Shown in pieces: positions 1 through 10,057 of a stretch of DNA of 64,000 nucleotides (the stretch's first letter is position 1; each line of letters starts with the position of its first letter). Origin of the DNA: a virus. Location of the stretch: IMG/VR virus record IMGVR_UViG_3300025759_000058. One strand, written 5' to 3'. The translations under genes were made by a program, and so were the position numbers. The notes below the pieces were generated by a model. That model saw nothing but the letters and a program-made list of their open reading frames with translations, did no database searches and was not told where the DNA came from.

Positions 1-2
1 GC

Positions 3-221
3 GAGGATAATGCATGCAACACGGATTCAGTTGCAAATTCTAAACTAACACCGGGTGAGTTACGAAAGCCGATGTTTGTGAGTGGATCAGTATATCCTTA
101 TATAACAACAATTGGTTTATATAATGATAATGGCGAAATGTTAGCAGTAGGAAAGTTAGCATCGCCAGTACAAAAGCGTGATGATGTTGATATGAACTTC
201 ATTGTACGCTGGGACTATTAA
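3..221 (+). CDS. C-terminal fragment of a virion structural protein (5' truncated)
   Basis: Open frame from window start: ...VYPYITTIGLYNDNGEMLAVGKLASPVQKRDDVDMNFIVRWDY*; this ITTIGLYND..LAV.KL..P..K ending is typical of baseplate/fibre-attachment proteins of large myophages. Confidence 0.6.
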   Translation, partial: EDNACNTDSVANSKLTPGELRKPMFVSGSVYPYITTIGLYNDNGEMLAVGKLASPVQKRDDVDMNFIVRWDY

Positions 222-228
222 TATTTAT
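221..228 (+). promoter_or_regulatory. Putative late promoter ATATTTAT (first of about 21 intergenic copies)
   Basis: Exact 8-mer recurring shortly upstream of many start codons; here followed by AAGGA. Confidence 0.65.
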
Positions 229-244
229 ACAAAAGGAAAAGGTT

Positions 245-652
245 ATGGCTTGGAGATCAAAATCCAAAGTGCGTCGCAATGCACTAAAAAAAGGTTATAG
301 GAGCGGCTTTGAATTGAAAGTTGCTGATAATTTAACAGAAAATTTAGTAGAGTTCGGATATGAGGATACAGTAATACCTTATATAAAACCAGCCACTCAT
401 CATAAATATACAGTCGATTTTCGACTACCTAATGGTATATTAGTCGAGGCTAAAGGCCGATGGACGCTAGAAGACCGTAAAAAACATTTGTTGGTAAAAG
501 AACAACATCCAGAGTTAGATATAAGAATCGTATTTCAATCATCTAAAACTAAAATCCGTAAAGGTTCTAAAACAACATATGCAGATTTTTGCGATAAGAA
601 CAATATAAAATGGGCCGAAAAAAATATTCCAGAAAGTTGGTATAAGGCTTGA
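245..652 (+). CDS. T7 endonuclease I-like Holliday junction resolvase
   Basis: YRSGFE, YTVDFRLPNGILVEAKG, DRKKHLLVKEQHPELDIRIVF, KGSKTTYADFC motifs. Confidence 0.9.
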   Translation: MAWRSKSKVRRNALKKGYRSGFELKVADNLTENLVEFGYEDTVIPYIKPATHHKYTVDFRLPNGILVEAKGRWTLEDRKKHLLVKEQHPELDIRIVFQSSKTKIRKGSKTTYADFCDKNNIKWAEKNIPESWYKA

Positions 653-770
653 GCTTTTGAGATTTTTTTAATAAATTACATATAATTAATTTTTCATGAA
701 AATTATTTTGAATGAAACATTGATGTTCGATAGTATTGAGATGATCAATGCTATTACTTAATATTATTAA

Positions 771-1697
771 ATGAGCAAATACTCGTTAGTTACTTTACTT
801 AATTCTTTGCTAGGTTCTGGCAAACATACTTCGGAAGATGACATTGCATATCACTGTCCATTTTGTCATCATCATAAAAAGAAGCTTGAAGTAAATATTA
901 TTTCGCAACATTGGCACTGCTGGGTATGTAATGCCTCCGGCCGTAAACTATCCGTTCTTTTTCGTAAGCTAAATGCACCACGCGAAAAGATAGCTAAACT
1001 AGCAACTTTATTGGATGATGTTGCTTTTCGTCCATCAAAGACAACAACAGATACGCCAGTACTTTCATTGCCAGATGAATTCAAACCATTATGGAAAGTT
1101 GATAACATATCACCTGAGTTCCGTAATGCAGTACATTATTTGAAATCGCGTGGCATTACAATTCGAGATATTCTTAAGTATCGAATTGGTTACTGTGAAA
1201 ATGGTTTGTACGGAGGCAAAGTAATTATACCTAGTTTTGATGATAACGGTAGTTTAAACTATTTTGTATCACGTGCATATTACATGGATGATAAATACAA
1301 ACATAAGAATCCGCCGGCATCTAAAGATATAGTAGGATTTGAATTGCATATCAATTGGAATATGCCTATTGTATTAGTTGAAGGCGCATTTGATGCAATT
1401 GCAATACGTCGTAATGCAATACCATTATTTGGTAAAACAATATCAAATACTTTGAAGCGCCGAATTGTAGAAAAAGGCGTCCAAGACATTTATATCTGTT
1501 TAGACCAAGATGCACGTAAACAAGCGCTAGAAGCAGCTGAATATTTTATTGCTAATGGCATTAACGTGTATTTTGTTGATTTAACTGATAAAGATCCTAG
1601 TGATATAGGATTTGAAAAAATTACAAATATTATTAACGAGACATGTCCTTTAACGGCCGATCGTTTAATGGAAGAGAAGATATTATGCGCACTGTAA
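771..1697 (+). CDS. DNA primase (zinc finger + TOPRIM)
   Basis: CPFC...HCWVC zinc finger; YL..RGI; LVEGAFDA and LDQDA TOPRIM motifs. Confidence 0.9.
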   Translation: MSKYSLVTLLNSLLGSGKHTSEDDIAYHCPFCHHHKKKLEVNIISQHWHCWVCNASGRKLSVLFRKLNAPREKIAKLATLLDDVAFRPSKTTTDTPVLSLPDEFKPLWKVDNISPEFRNAVHYLKSRGITIRDILKYRIGYCENGLYGGKVIIPSFDDNGSLNYFVSRAYYMDDKYKHKNPPASKDIVGFELHINWNMPIVLVEGAFDAIAIRRNAIPLFGKTISNTLKRRIVEKGVQDIYICLDQDARKQALEAAEYFIANGINVYFVDLTDKDPSDIGFEKITNIINETCPLTADRLMEEKILCAL

Positions 1698-4600
1698 ACA
1701 TTGGAATAGAAAAAATTGATCGTATATACCACGTGGCGGATGTGCATGTACGTAATGTCAAGAGGCATAAAGAATACGAACAGGTATTTAAAAAACTGTA
1801 TGCATACATTAAAAAGACAAAGACACCAAATTCAGTTATTTATCTCGCCGGCGATATAGTACATGCTAAGACAGATATGTCACCAGAGTTAGTATTTCAA
1901 GTATCAACTTTCTTTAAACGACTAGCTGATATAGCACCTACTCTATTAATTACAGGTAATCACGACTGTAATCTGAATAACTCTAATCGATTAGATGCAT
2001 TAACACCTATTGTCACAGCCTTAAATCATCCTAACTTACATTATCTTAAAGATAACGGTGTATACTTGATATCCGGTATACACTTTAACGTAATGTCAGT
2101 CTTTGATAAGCCAGCTGATTTTATTAAAGCCAGCGATTTTGAAGGCGATTATAAAATTGCATTACATCATGGTGCTGTTAACAATGCAACGACTGATGCC
2201 GGATTTGTACTCAGCAATGACCACGTTACTACAAATATTTTTGATGGCCATGATCTAGCGTTATTGGGAGATATTCATAAGCCTCAATATCTGAATGATG
2301 AAAAAACTGTTGCATACGCAGGTTCGTTGATTCAACAAAATCATGGTGAAGGTTTAGAACATGGTATATTGGTATGGGATATAGAAACGCGACAAGCTAA
2401 ATTTATAGAAATTGAAAATCAGTTTGGATATTATACATTTAATGTAGTTAACGGCAAAATAACAAACCCTTCTGATAAAGTACCAAAGAAACCTAGACTA
2501 CGATTAAAAGTAGAAGATACGGATTCTGCAGATCTAAAGTCGATAGTTGCAGAAATCCGGAAGCAATATTCCGTACAAGAAATAGCTATTCAAAAAGTTA
2601 ATGCTATTAATTCGGGCCATACGAATCAAAAAATTAATTTTGGAGATGTACGAGACCCGGAGTGGCAAAATAAAGTTATTTCTGAATTCTTGTACAATGA
2701 ATTGGCACTAGATGATGAAACACTTGACGTTGTACGTCATATCAATCGTACAGTACATTCTAAATTACCTGACTCAGAATTAACTCGTAATGTTATCTGG
2801 TCACCAAAAACATTTGAGTTTTCTAACATGTTTAGTTACGGTGAAAATAATTCAATTGATTTCGGAAATGTACAGGGTGTGAATGGTTTGTTTGCTCCTA
2901 ATGCTAGCGGCAAATCTACATTATTAGATGCACTGGCATTTTGTTGTTTTGATAAATGCAGTCGTACAAGTAAAGCAGTTCATGTACTTAACAATAAAAA
3001 GTCATCGTTTAAATGTAAGTTTGGTTTTGATTTAGATGGTAAACTTTATTACGTAGAACGTACCGGTAAGCAAAATAAAAATGGCCACGTTAAAGTCGAT
3101 GTAGATTTTTGGCATGAAGATGAGAACGGGAACGTTGAAATGTTAAACGGCGACCAACGTGATAGTACTAATAAAATTATACGTCAATATTTAGGCTCGT
3201 ATGAAGATTTTGTTTTAACAGCACTTTCTCTGCAAAATAATAACACCGGATTTATTGATAAGTCACAACGAGAACGTAAAGAATTATTAACGCAATTTCT
3301 AGATATTGACGTATTTGAAAAACAGTATCAGATTGCAGCCGAAGATATTCGAGAAACATCTTCTATTATTAAAGAATATAAACGTCAAGACTATAGTTAT
3401 GAGTTAGCAGAATGCGAACGGCAAATTGCGCAAATATCAAAACCGCTAGATGTAATGAAAGAGTCGCGCGATGGCCATGTTAGTATGGTAAACGATTTAA
3501 CTGAAATTATAGTTAATTTAACTGCTGAATTAAAACATATAGATTCAGAAATCTCAGATATTAATGGGTTAAAAGAATCGAGAGAAAAAATTGTAGATCA
3601 AATTCAAACTATTGAACATTCATTGTTTCATAAAAAAGAGCATCTTAACAATACGCGAAATGAATTAATAAATATTACGACAAAACTTGAATCATATAAT
3701 CCGGTTGCTTTAAAAGATTTAGTAACCGAAGCAGATGAATTAAATGCTAGTATAAATGTATGGTCAAATAAAGCTGTGCAAACTCAAATTGCAATTGATC
3801 ATGTTGAACGAATTGTATCTAAATTAGACGATCATAAATGGGATCCAGATTGCGAGTATTGTATGGCTAATCCATGGTTGCACGAATCGAAAGAATCGGC
3901 TGATAAATTACCTGTTCTTTTAGAAGAACGTGATGAGATAGAAAATATGATTTCTAAACTACAACAACGTATATTAGAAATAAAACAAACAAATGTATAT
4001 GAAGATCTAGAAGAGTATAATAGTTTACAATCTAAAGTTCATCGCGTAGAAAATGCAGTGCTTGTTGCCGAAGGCGATGTTAATTCTTATAGTTCTAAAC
4101 TAAGCTCTAAAAAGGATTCTATTAAATTAATAGATGGTCGATTGAAAGAAGCATATTCACGCAAAGATGATATTGCATTCAATAAAAAGAAACGTCAGGA
4201 AATTTCTGAAATAAAAGATGAACAAGATTCGCTGTTGATAGAAATTTCTGAGTTTGACGAAAAGATACTCACTATGACCGGCAAATTGCAAGTTGCTGAA
4301 AGCAATAAAGCAAATGCACTTAAAGCTATTCAACGACTCAAAGAATTGGAAATTCAATATAAAGGATATGAGTATTATCTTAAAGCTGTAAAACGAGATG
4401 GCGTACCATACCAATTAATATCAAAAGCTTTACCTCAAATTGAAGCTGAAATAAATAATATTTTAGCACAAATCGTAGATTTCAGTGTAATGTTAGAAAC
4501 CGATGGTAAAAATATTAATGGCTATATTGTATATGATGATAATAATTATTGGCCGTTAGAATTAACTTCTGGTATGGAGAAATTTATTTCATCGTTAGCA

Positions 4601-4840
4601 ATTCGCACGTCGTTAATTAATATAACTAGTCTACCACGTCCCAATTTCTTAGCAATTGATGAAGGATTTGGTGTGCTCGATTCTGATAATCTTAATAGTA
4701 TGTATCTGTTATTTGATTATCTAAAGTCTCAGTTTGGTTTTGTAATGTGTATTTCTCATATCGATGCAATGCGTGATATTGTAGATAAATTGATTGAAAT
4801 CAAAAAAATTAAAGGATATTCTCAAATAAATTACAACTGA
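1685..4840 (+). CDS. Fused SbcD/Mre11 nuclease + SbcC/Rad50 ATPase (gp47-gp46-like recombination nuclease)
   Basis: Phosphoesterase motifs DVH, GD, GNHD, GDIH; Walker A NASGKST; coiled coil with CEYC zinc hook; TSGMEK signature; LAIDEGFGVLD Walker B; ISH H-loop. In-frame ATG at 1685 preferred over 1643. Confidence 0.92.
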   Translation: MRTVNIGIEKIDRIYHVADVHVRNVKRHKEYEQVFKKLYAYIKKTKTPNSVIYLAGDIVHAKTDMSPELVFQVSTFFKRLADIAPTLLITGNHDCNLNNSNRLDALTPIVTALNHPNLHYLKDNGVYLISGIHFNVMSVFDKPADFIKASDFEGDYKIALHHGAVNNATTDAGFVLSNDHVTTNIFDGHDLALLGDIHKPQYLNDEKTVAYAGSLIQQNHGEGLEHGILVWDIETRQAKFIEIENQFGYYTFNVVNGKITNPSDKVPKKPRLRLKVEDTDSADLKSIVAEIRKQYSVQEIAIQKVNAINSGHTNQKINFGDVRDPEWQNKVISEFLYNELALDDETLDVVRHINRTVHSKLPDSELTRNVIWSPKTFEFSNMFSYGENNSIDFGNVQGVNGLFAPNASGKSTLLDALAFCCFDKCSRTSKAVHVLNNKKSSFKCKFGFDLDGKLYYVERTGKQNKNGHVKVDVDFWHEDENGNVEMLNGDQRDSTNKIIRQYLGSYEDFVLTALSLQNNNTGFIDKSQRERKELLTQFLDIDVFEKQYQIAAEDIRETSSIIKEYKRQDYSYELAECERQIAQISKPLDVMKESRDGHVSMVNDLTEIIVNLTAELKHIDSEISDINGLKESREKIVDQIQTIEHSLFHKKEHLNNTRNELINITTKLESYNPVALKDLVTEADELNASINVWSNKAVQTQIAIDHVERIVSKLDDHKWDPDCEYCMANPWLHESKESADKLPVLLEERDEIENMISKLQQRILEIKQTNVYEDLEEYNSLQSKVHRVENAVLVAEGDVNSYSSKLSSKKDSIKLIDGRLKEAYSRKDDIAFNKKKRQEISEIKDEQDSLLIEISEFDEKILTMTGKLQVAESNKANALKAIQRLKELEIQYKGYEYYLKAVKRDGVPYQLISKALPQIEAEINNILAQIVDFSVMLETDGKNINGYIVYDDNNYWPLELTSGMEKFISSLAIRTSLINITSLPRPNFLAIDEGFGVLDSDNLNSMYLLFDYLKSQFGFVMCISHIDAMRDIVDKLIEIKKIKGYSQINYN

Positions 4841-4866
4841 TATTTATTATAAAGCAAAGGCAATGA

Positions 4867-7800
4867 ATGTCAGAATATACGTTTCGTGAGTTAGCTGTAC
4901 GGCCGAAAGTTGCATATGTAGGATATAAGGATTATACATATACGGTCAACGATACGAGCCTAACATCTCCAGATTATTTTGAAATAGTCGAATTTCCGTC
5001 TAAGTTAACTGCAGGAAAAAATTTAATCAAACTACGAGCCAATCGTAATAACCTGGTCAATAATAGTAATATTAATGTTGAAATTTTAGATTACAACGGA
5101 GACCCAGTTTATTACAAGCCAATACGATATAGCGAACGTGATGGAACTAGAGTTATTGCAATTTATGTTTATCCAGAAACATCACCTGGTCCAGCACGTA
5201 TTTATTTAACTGGCAGAGCTCGGTTTGACCAACGTGGTAATGAACTACGATCGAGTCAAGATTATTCAGATTCAGATTACATAAATCGGCCTAATTTGAT
5301 ATGGTCACGTTCCGTAACAATTGCTCCAGATGATCCTAACAGTACAGAAATAATATTTGTTAAACAGCCGCAAGTATTAATAACAGAATCTGTACAACCT
5401 TACTTTCAACCAGTAACAACTACAAGTGTATTTACAAAAGTAAGCAGTTCTGGAATACCTAGTGATTTATCTCTAGGATTTGGATACCAAACTAATTTAC
5501 CTGTAGGCTCACCACCGCCGATATTACCTGCCGCATTTGAAAGTGAAACAGGCGAAGATGCTAATGATATTACTGTAACAATTACACCTGCAAATGTATT
5601 TACTAGCGCTGTAACTGTAGGCGATACTATAGAAGAATCTGGTGCAGCAACAACTAGTAATCCTGTTTCTATCGTAGTCGGCAATGGTGTTGATTTTACA
5701 TTAAGCCCTACTACGCTTTCAGTTATTGAAGAGTTTTCATTCACATCGGCCATGGAAGACGGTGTTATTACAGTGACTAATCCGTTGGTATTAGCACCTA
5801 ATGGCACTAGTGCATATGTATTTGGAACTGAACAAAACGGTTTCGATGTAGCAATACCGGTGGGTATGAACGTAGCTCCGACTAAAATGGTGCAAATTAA
5901 TGCAGCCGGTCAAGTACGTTTATATGGTACATGGACATTTGGAATAAGGTCTGTACAAAATGCTACTAAAGCGCGTGTAGTGCAGATCGACGGGTATGAT
6001 AATAATTTCTTTAATACAAACGATGCTCCATTATGGCGATTCTTAGGTAATAGTGCTACATTTACAGGATTTCCGGCAAACATGAATTCCGAAGCTGCAG
6101 TTGCTGCTAGCGGATTTGATGTAACATCTAATCGAATTGAATCGGCTAACAACTTTACGTCTAGTTTTATTGAACCATATATAGTAACAGAAACAGAAAA
6201 TTCTGCTTCATTTGCTGATATTATTCTTTCTAATATAGAACCCGAAACGGGTGATGTATATAAAGTTAAAACACTGTTTAAACCATCCGGTATGTTTGGT
6301 GATTTTATCGATTTAGGTGATACTATTTTAGAAGAACAAGAGCTTTTAATTGATACTGAATCATTTGAAACTAATGTTACTGTTGGTGCGGTATATGAAC
6401 ATTTCGGTCGTTTTGAATCGTTAGACGAAATTAATACATACTGGGAACGAGTTAAATCAGACGGTTCAGATGCAACATTTACCGTTAATACTGCAAATAT
6501 ATTTGGTACTATTTACGACCCATTAGTCAACCCGCCTACCGGTTTAATGCGATATTCTGTGCTGACATATGATGATACAAATTTATTAGGAGGCGCGCAA
6601 TTCGATATCGGCCCCTATACTAATTTTAAATTAGATCAAGGCGTATTATTCTGGATTAAACAGCAATATCGTCCAAAATTATATGCTAATACTACATATA
6701 AAGTTAGAGCGAAATTATTATTACATAGCTCTGCTCCGGCAATTGAAGATGATCGAATTCCATTTCCAAGAATTGATATGTACGTTTCTGGATCGAAACC
6801 GACATTATTATCTGAAAACATAATAATTGCCGGCAATGCCTCATTACCTAACAATTGGCAAGAAACATTGACCGGAGATTTTGCTGATGGGTCTGTTGCT
6901 GGCTATCATTTGGGTACGGTGACATGTACCGATGTTGACAATACTAGGATAGATGTAGAATTTTTATTTAAAGTCGAAGCAGATGTTCCAGAATCTAATT
7001 TAGGATTTATGTTGAGATCTGGTGAATGGACTATTGCTGACATTGAATTAAAATCTTATAAAGAGTCTGGATTCTCACCAAACTATGTGCGTATAGGAAA
7101 ACGTGTACCTACCGAACATTTAAAAACGCCTTTGACGTTCAAGTTCCAATATTATGATTATACGGGTAAGCTAGCCAATCAACAGACAACGGCATATGGC
7201 GTAGTATTTCAAGGTGATAATTTTTACATAGATGGTGTTAACAATATTCTTACTGGATCGCTATTCTTAGGTAACACTATTGGAACTGGTGTAGAAATGG
7301 CCGGCGTTAATTCGGCATTTATACGTTCCGTAGGGTATTATGGTTATTCAGCTTCATTAGCAACGGGTAATGAAAAGAATGGAGGATTCCTAATCTATAG
7401 TGGTTCAGTACTACCCGCTGAAAAAAATTATTTCGGCGATGATATCTACAAAGGCGTCGGAATGGAATTAGTAGCGGATGATGATGCCGGCCATTTAATA
7501 TTCCATACTAATCCTTCGATACTTGATATTAAAGCCAGAACATTCTTTATTGGAGATTCGGACACACAATTTATATCCGGGTCAAATGGTAACATAGAAA
7601 TATCATCATCATTCTTTCATTTGAACCCGAAAGATTCCGAAGCTAAAATTGGCGGCTTTGTTGTAGAAGAAGATCAAATAAGATCATCTGCAGATGAATT
7701 AAATCTAAAATCAAACGGTCAAATATCCGGATCAGAATTTAGATTACGTAGAAGTATTGGCGGCTCGGACTATACATATGCTGACACGGTTCAAGGATTT

Positions 7801-8460
7801 GCCGATTTTTCCAATATTGGACGTACTATTACACAACCATATGCGGCGGATTATTTTTATAGTGTTTTTAACAGTGATCTAGGTACATCGAGGATTCCAA
7901 TGTTATCTATTAGTAATAGTACAACTGGCTCATTATATATTGTACCAATGTCGGGAGAAACGTCGATTGATATAGCATTTAATTGGAGTGTTACAATTAA
8001 CGGAAGCTTCGGCGATGAGATTGATCAAGCAAATATCCGTGCAAGGTTGCAAGTGCTAGATACTACCGGCTCTATTAATAACAACACTTATTGGGATGAT
8101 GCGGGTGATTCGAATGACTGGATTACTGTAGCCAATGACGACGCATCTTTTTATAACAACTTAGGTTCTGTAAACTTAGAGTTCTCCGCCGTCACCGGTA
8201 ATAACTACTCCGGCTGGAAAACATTTGCTGCTAATGATGCAACAGAACACGGTGCATTACGTTTAAACGTTACGCAAAATGAATGGAATAAATTATGTAG
8301 AATTGTGTTTGATGTATATCATATTTGGGATAATACAAATGTACCTACTTCTACTCAGCAATATATAGGAAATATTGTACTTCAAACAGGCAGAAGCTTT
8401 GCAGCTGCAGTAACAAAAGGCGATCTTGTATTTGATAATGGTTCATGGAACCCAAGATAA
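4867..8460 (+). CDS. Large virion structural protein (baseplate/fibre-associated)
   Basis: 1197 aa, beta-rich S/G/T composition, ISGS repeats, ATATTTAT at 4840 and SD upstream. Confidence 0.55.
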   Translation: MSEYTFRELAVRPKVAYVGYKDYTYTVNDTSLTSPDYFEIVEFPSKLTAGKNLIKLRANRNNLVNNSNINVEILDYNGDPVYYKPIRYSERDGTRVIAIYVYPETSPGPARIYLTGRARFDQRGNELRSSQDYSDSDYINRPNLIWSRSVTIAPDDPNSTEIIFVKQPQVLITESVQPYFQPVTTTSVFTKVSSSGIPSDLSLGFGYQTNLPVGSPPPILPAAFESETGEDANDITVTITPANVFTSAVTVGDTIEESGAATTSNPVSIVVGNGVDFTLSPTTLSVIEEFSFTSAMEDGVITVTNPLVLAPNGTSAYVFGTEQNGFDVAIPVGMNVAPTKMVQINAAGQVRLYGTWTFGIRSVQNATKARVVQIDGYDNNFFNTNDAPLWRFLGNSATFTGFPANMNSEAAVAASGFDVTSNRIESANNFTSSFIEPYIVTETENSASFADIILSNIEPETGDVYKVKTLFKPSGMFGDFIDLGDTILEEQELLIDTESFETNVTVGAVYEHFGRFESLDEINTYWERVKSDGSDATFTVNTANIFGTIYDPLVNPPTGLMRYSVLTYDDTNLLGGAQFDIGPYTNFKLDQGVLFWIKQQYRPKLYANTTYKVRAKLLLHSSAPAIEDDRIPFPRIDMYVSGSKPTLLSENIIIAGNASLPNNWQETLTGDFADGSVAGYHLGTVTCTDVDNTRIDVEFLFKVEADVPESNLGFMLRSGEWTIADIELKSYKESGFSPNYVRIGKRVPTEHLKTPLTFKFQYYDYTGKLANQQTTAYGVVFQGDNFYIDGVNNILTGSLFLGNTIGTGVEMAGVNSAFIRSVGYYGYSASLATGNEKNGGFLIYSGSVLPAEKNYFGDDIYKGVGMELVADDDAGHLIFHTNPSILDIKARTFFIGDSDTQFISGSNGNIEISSSFFHLNPKDSEAKIGGFVVEEDQIRSSADELNLKSNGQISGSEFRLRRSIGGSDYTYADTVQGFADFSNIGRTITQPYAADYFYSVFNSDLGTSRIPMLSISNSTTGSLYIVPMSGETSIDIAFNWSVTINGSFGDEIDQANIRARLQVLDTTGSINNNTYWDDAGDSNDWITVANDDASFYNNLGSVNLEFSAVTGNNYSGWKTFAANDATEHGALRLNVTQNEWNKLCRIVFDVYHIWDNTNVPTSTQQYIGNIVLQTGRSFAAAVTKGDLVFDNGSWNPR

Positions 8461-8547
8461 AGATATTATCTTTTTTCATCGGTACATATTTATTTAAAAG
8501 AAGAAAAAAAGCCGTTATAACGGTCAATCTCATAAAGGAATTGTCAT

Positions 8548-9969
8548 ATGGCACAAACAATTAAGTTAAGAAGAGGTGGCTTAGGTAAATTAGCTACTAC
8601 AACAGCAGCTGGTATATCAACAGCACAGGGTGAGGTATTATTAGGTACTGGTTCATTAGCGTCACAATTATCAGGTCCAATATTATTTGCGGCATCAGAA
8701 AATAATACATTACAGCCTGTTGCGGGTCGCATTCCTGTAGTGACCAATGGTCCGGCTTTAGCGGCTACAATCAATACTTCTGGTGATGAAAATTTTGCCG
8801 ATTTGACAATTCACTCTGGTAGTAAATTTTATCGATATGTAGATAATAGCACCGGCTTTTCGCCGTTAGAAGTTGAGGCCGGGGATCTTTCTCTGCAAGA
8901 CGCGCCAATAAAAGTAAGTACAGATCTTATAGTATTTATATCAGGTTCAGCTGAAGCACAAACAAGAAAAGAATCTGTTGCAGACTTTGTTTCAGCGATT
9001 GCAGGTACAGGTTTAACAGCAGCTGCTGGTGTATTAAGTGCAGGTGATGGTATTGTTTCTGCATCAACTTCCAATCCAGGAGCGGCAACAGAGTTAGCGA
9101 TATTCGAAGGTGCAAATGGTATTGAAGGCGATGCCAACTTGAAATGGGATGGCACCGATTTATTGATAGGCAGTACCAAAGGTGTTAAATTTAACAGCGG
9201 TCCTAGAATCAATTCAGCGACGTCAGATACATTAACAATTGATGCTGATACAAAAGCTCAAATTGTTTCGCCATCGGTTGAAATTGGTAATATAGGAGAT
9301 ACAACTGCTACCACTGTTAGCATTGGTAATAGTAACGATACCGCAGATATCAATTTACAAGGTACAGTAAATGTTAAGAGTGCTACAGTAGCCACTGATC
9401 AGACAACATTTAATTTAGTTAATACAACCGCAACTACAGTTAATTTTGCAGGAGCTGCAACTACACTCGATATTGGTGCATCTACAGGTATTGCTACTAT
9501 TAAAAATGCAACCATCAATTTAGGTGAATCGGCAACTGACCAAGTTAATGTTAAAGGTAACTTGAACGTCGCTGGTGATCTTACATATGTAAGTTCAGAA
9601 ACGGTACAAATCAATGATAATATTATTGAATTAAATGCTGATAGTGATGTAGTTACGACAGCCGGTATTACAGTATTGGACGGTGCAGCAACGTCATCGT
9701 TATTATGGGATGTAACTAACGAATGGTGGGAAGCTGGTTCAGGCGGCGTTGGTGGTACTTCAAATACATATCGCATTGCAGAATTTTATGATAACGACGG
9801 CCTCGCAACCACTGGTCAATTGGCAATGGTCGACGCCGATGGTAGAATTACTGGTTCTAGTATAGTTGAAGCCGGCGGTAATATTACTTTCAATTCCAAT
9901 GTTGACTTTAGTAATATCGCTGTAACATTTGGTGATTCTGCAACATTAATTGATGGAGGTACCTTCTAA
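8548..9969 (+). CDS. Fibre protein (MAQTIK-type N-terminus, C-terminal DGGTF)
   Basis: IKLRRG...GE anchor-like N-terminus; VKGNLNVAGD beta repeats; T/A/G rich. Confidence 0.65.
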   Translation: MAQTIKLRRGGLGKLATTTAAGISTAQGEVLLGTGSLASQLSGPILFAASENNTLQPVAGRIPVVTNGPALAATINTSGDENFADLTIHSGSKFYRYVDNSTGFSPLEVEAGDLSLQDAPIKVSTDLIVFISGSAEAQTRKESVADFVSAIAGTGLTAAAGVLSAGDGIVSASTSNPGAATELAIFEGANGIEGDANLKWDGTDLLIGSTKGVKFNSGPRINSATSDTLTIDADTKAQIVSPSVEIGNIGDTTATTVSIGNSNDTADINLQGTVNVKSATVATDQTTFNLVNTTATTVNFAGAATTLDIGASTGIATIKNATINLGESATDQVNVKGNLNVAGDLTYVSSETVQINDNIIELNADSDVVTTAGITVLDGAATSSLLWDVTNEWWEAGSGGVGGTSNTYRIAEFYDNDGLATTGQLAMVDADGRITGSSIVEAGGNITFNSNVDFSNIAVTFGDSATLIDGGTF

Positions 9970-10057
9970 GGTTGATTTTTTGAAATAGTTTCATTATATT
10001 AATCTTTGATTACTAACCCGCGCTATATAGCGCAGTTTAAATGGGGATGTCATATAT

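Noticed and set aside
657-686. sigma70-like TTGAGA-N18-TATAAT upstream of primase
   Set aside because: Region is extremely AT-rich so a chance match is likely, and it does not fit the inferred host promoter type
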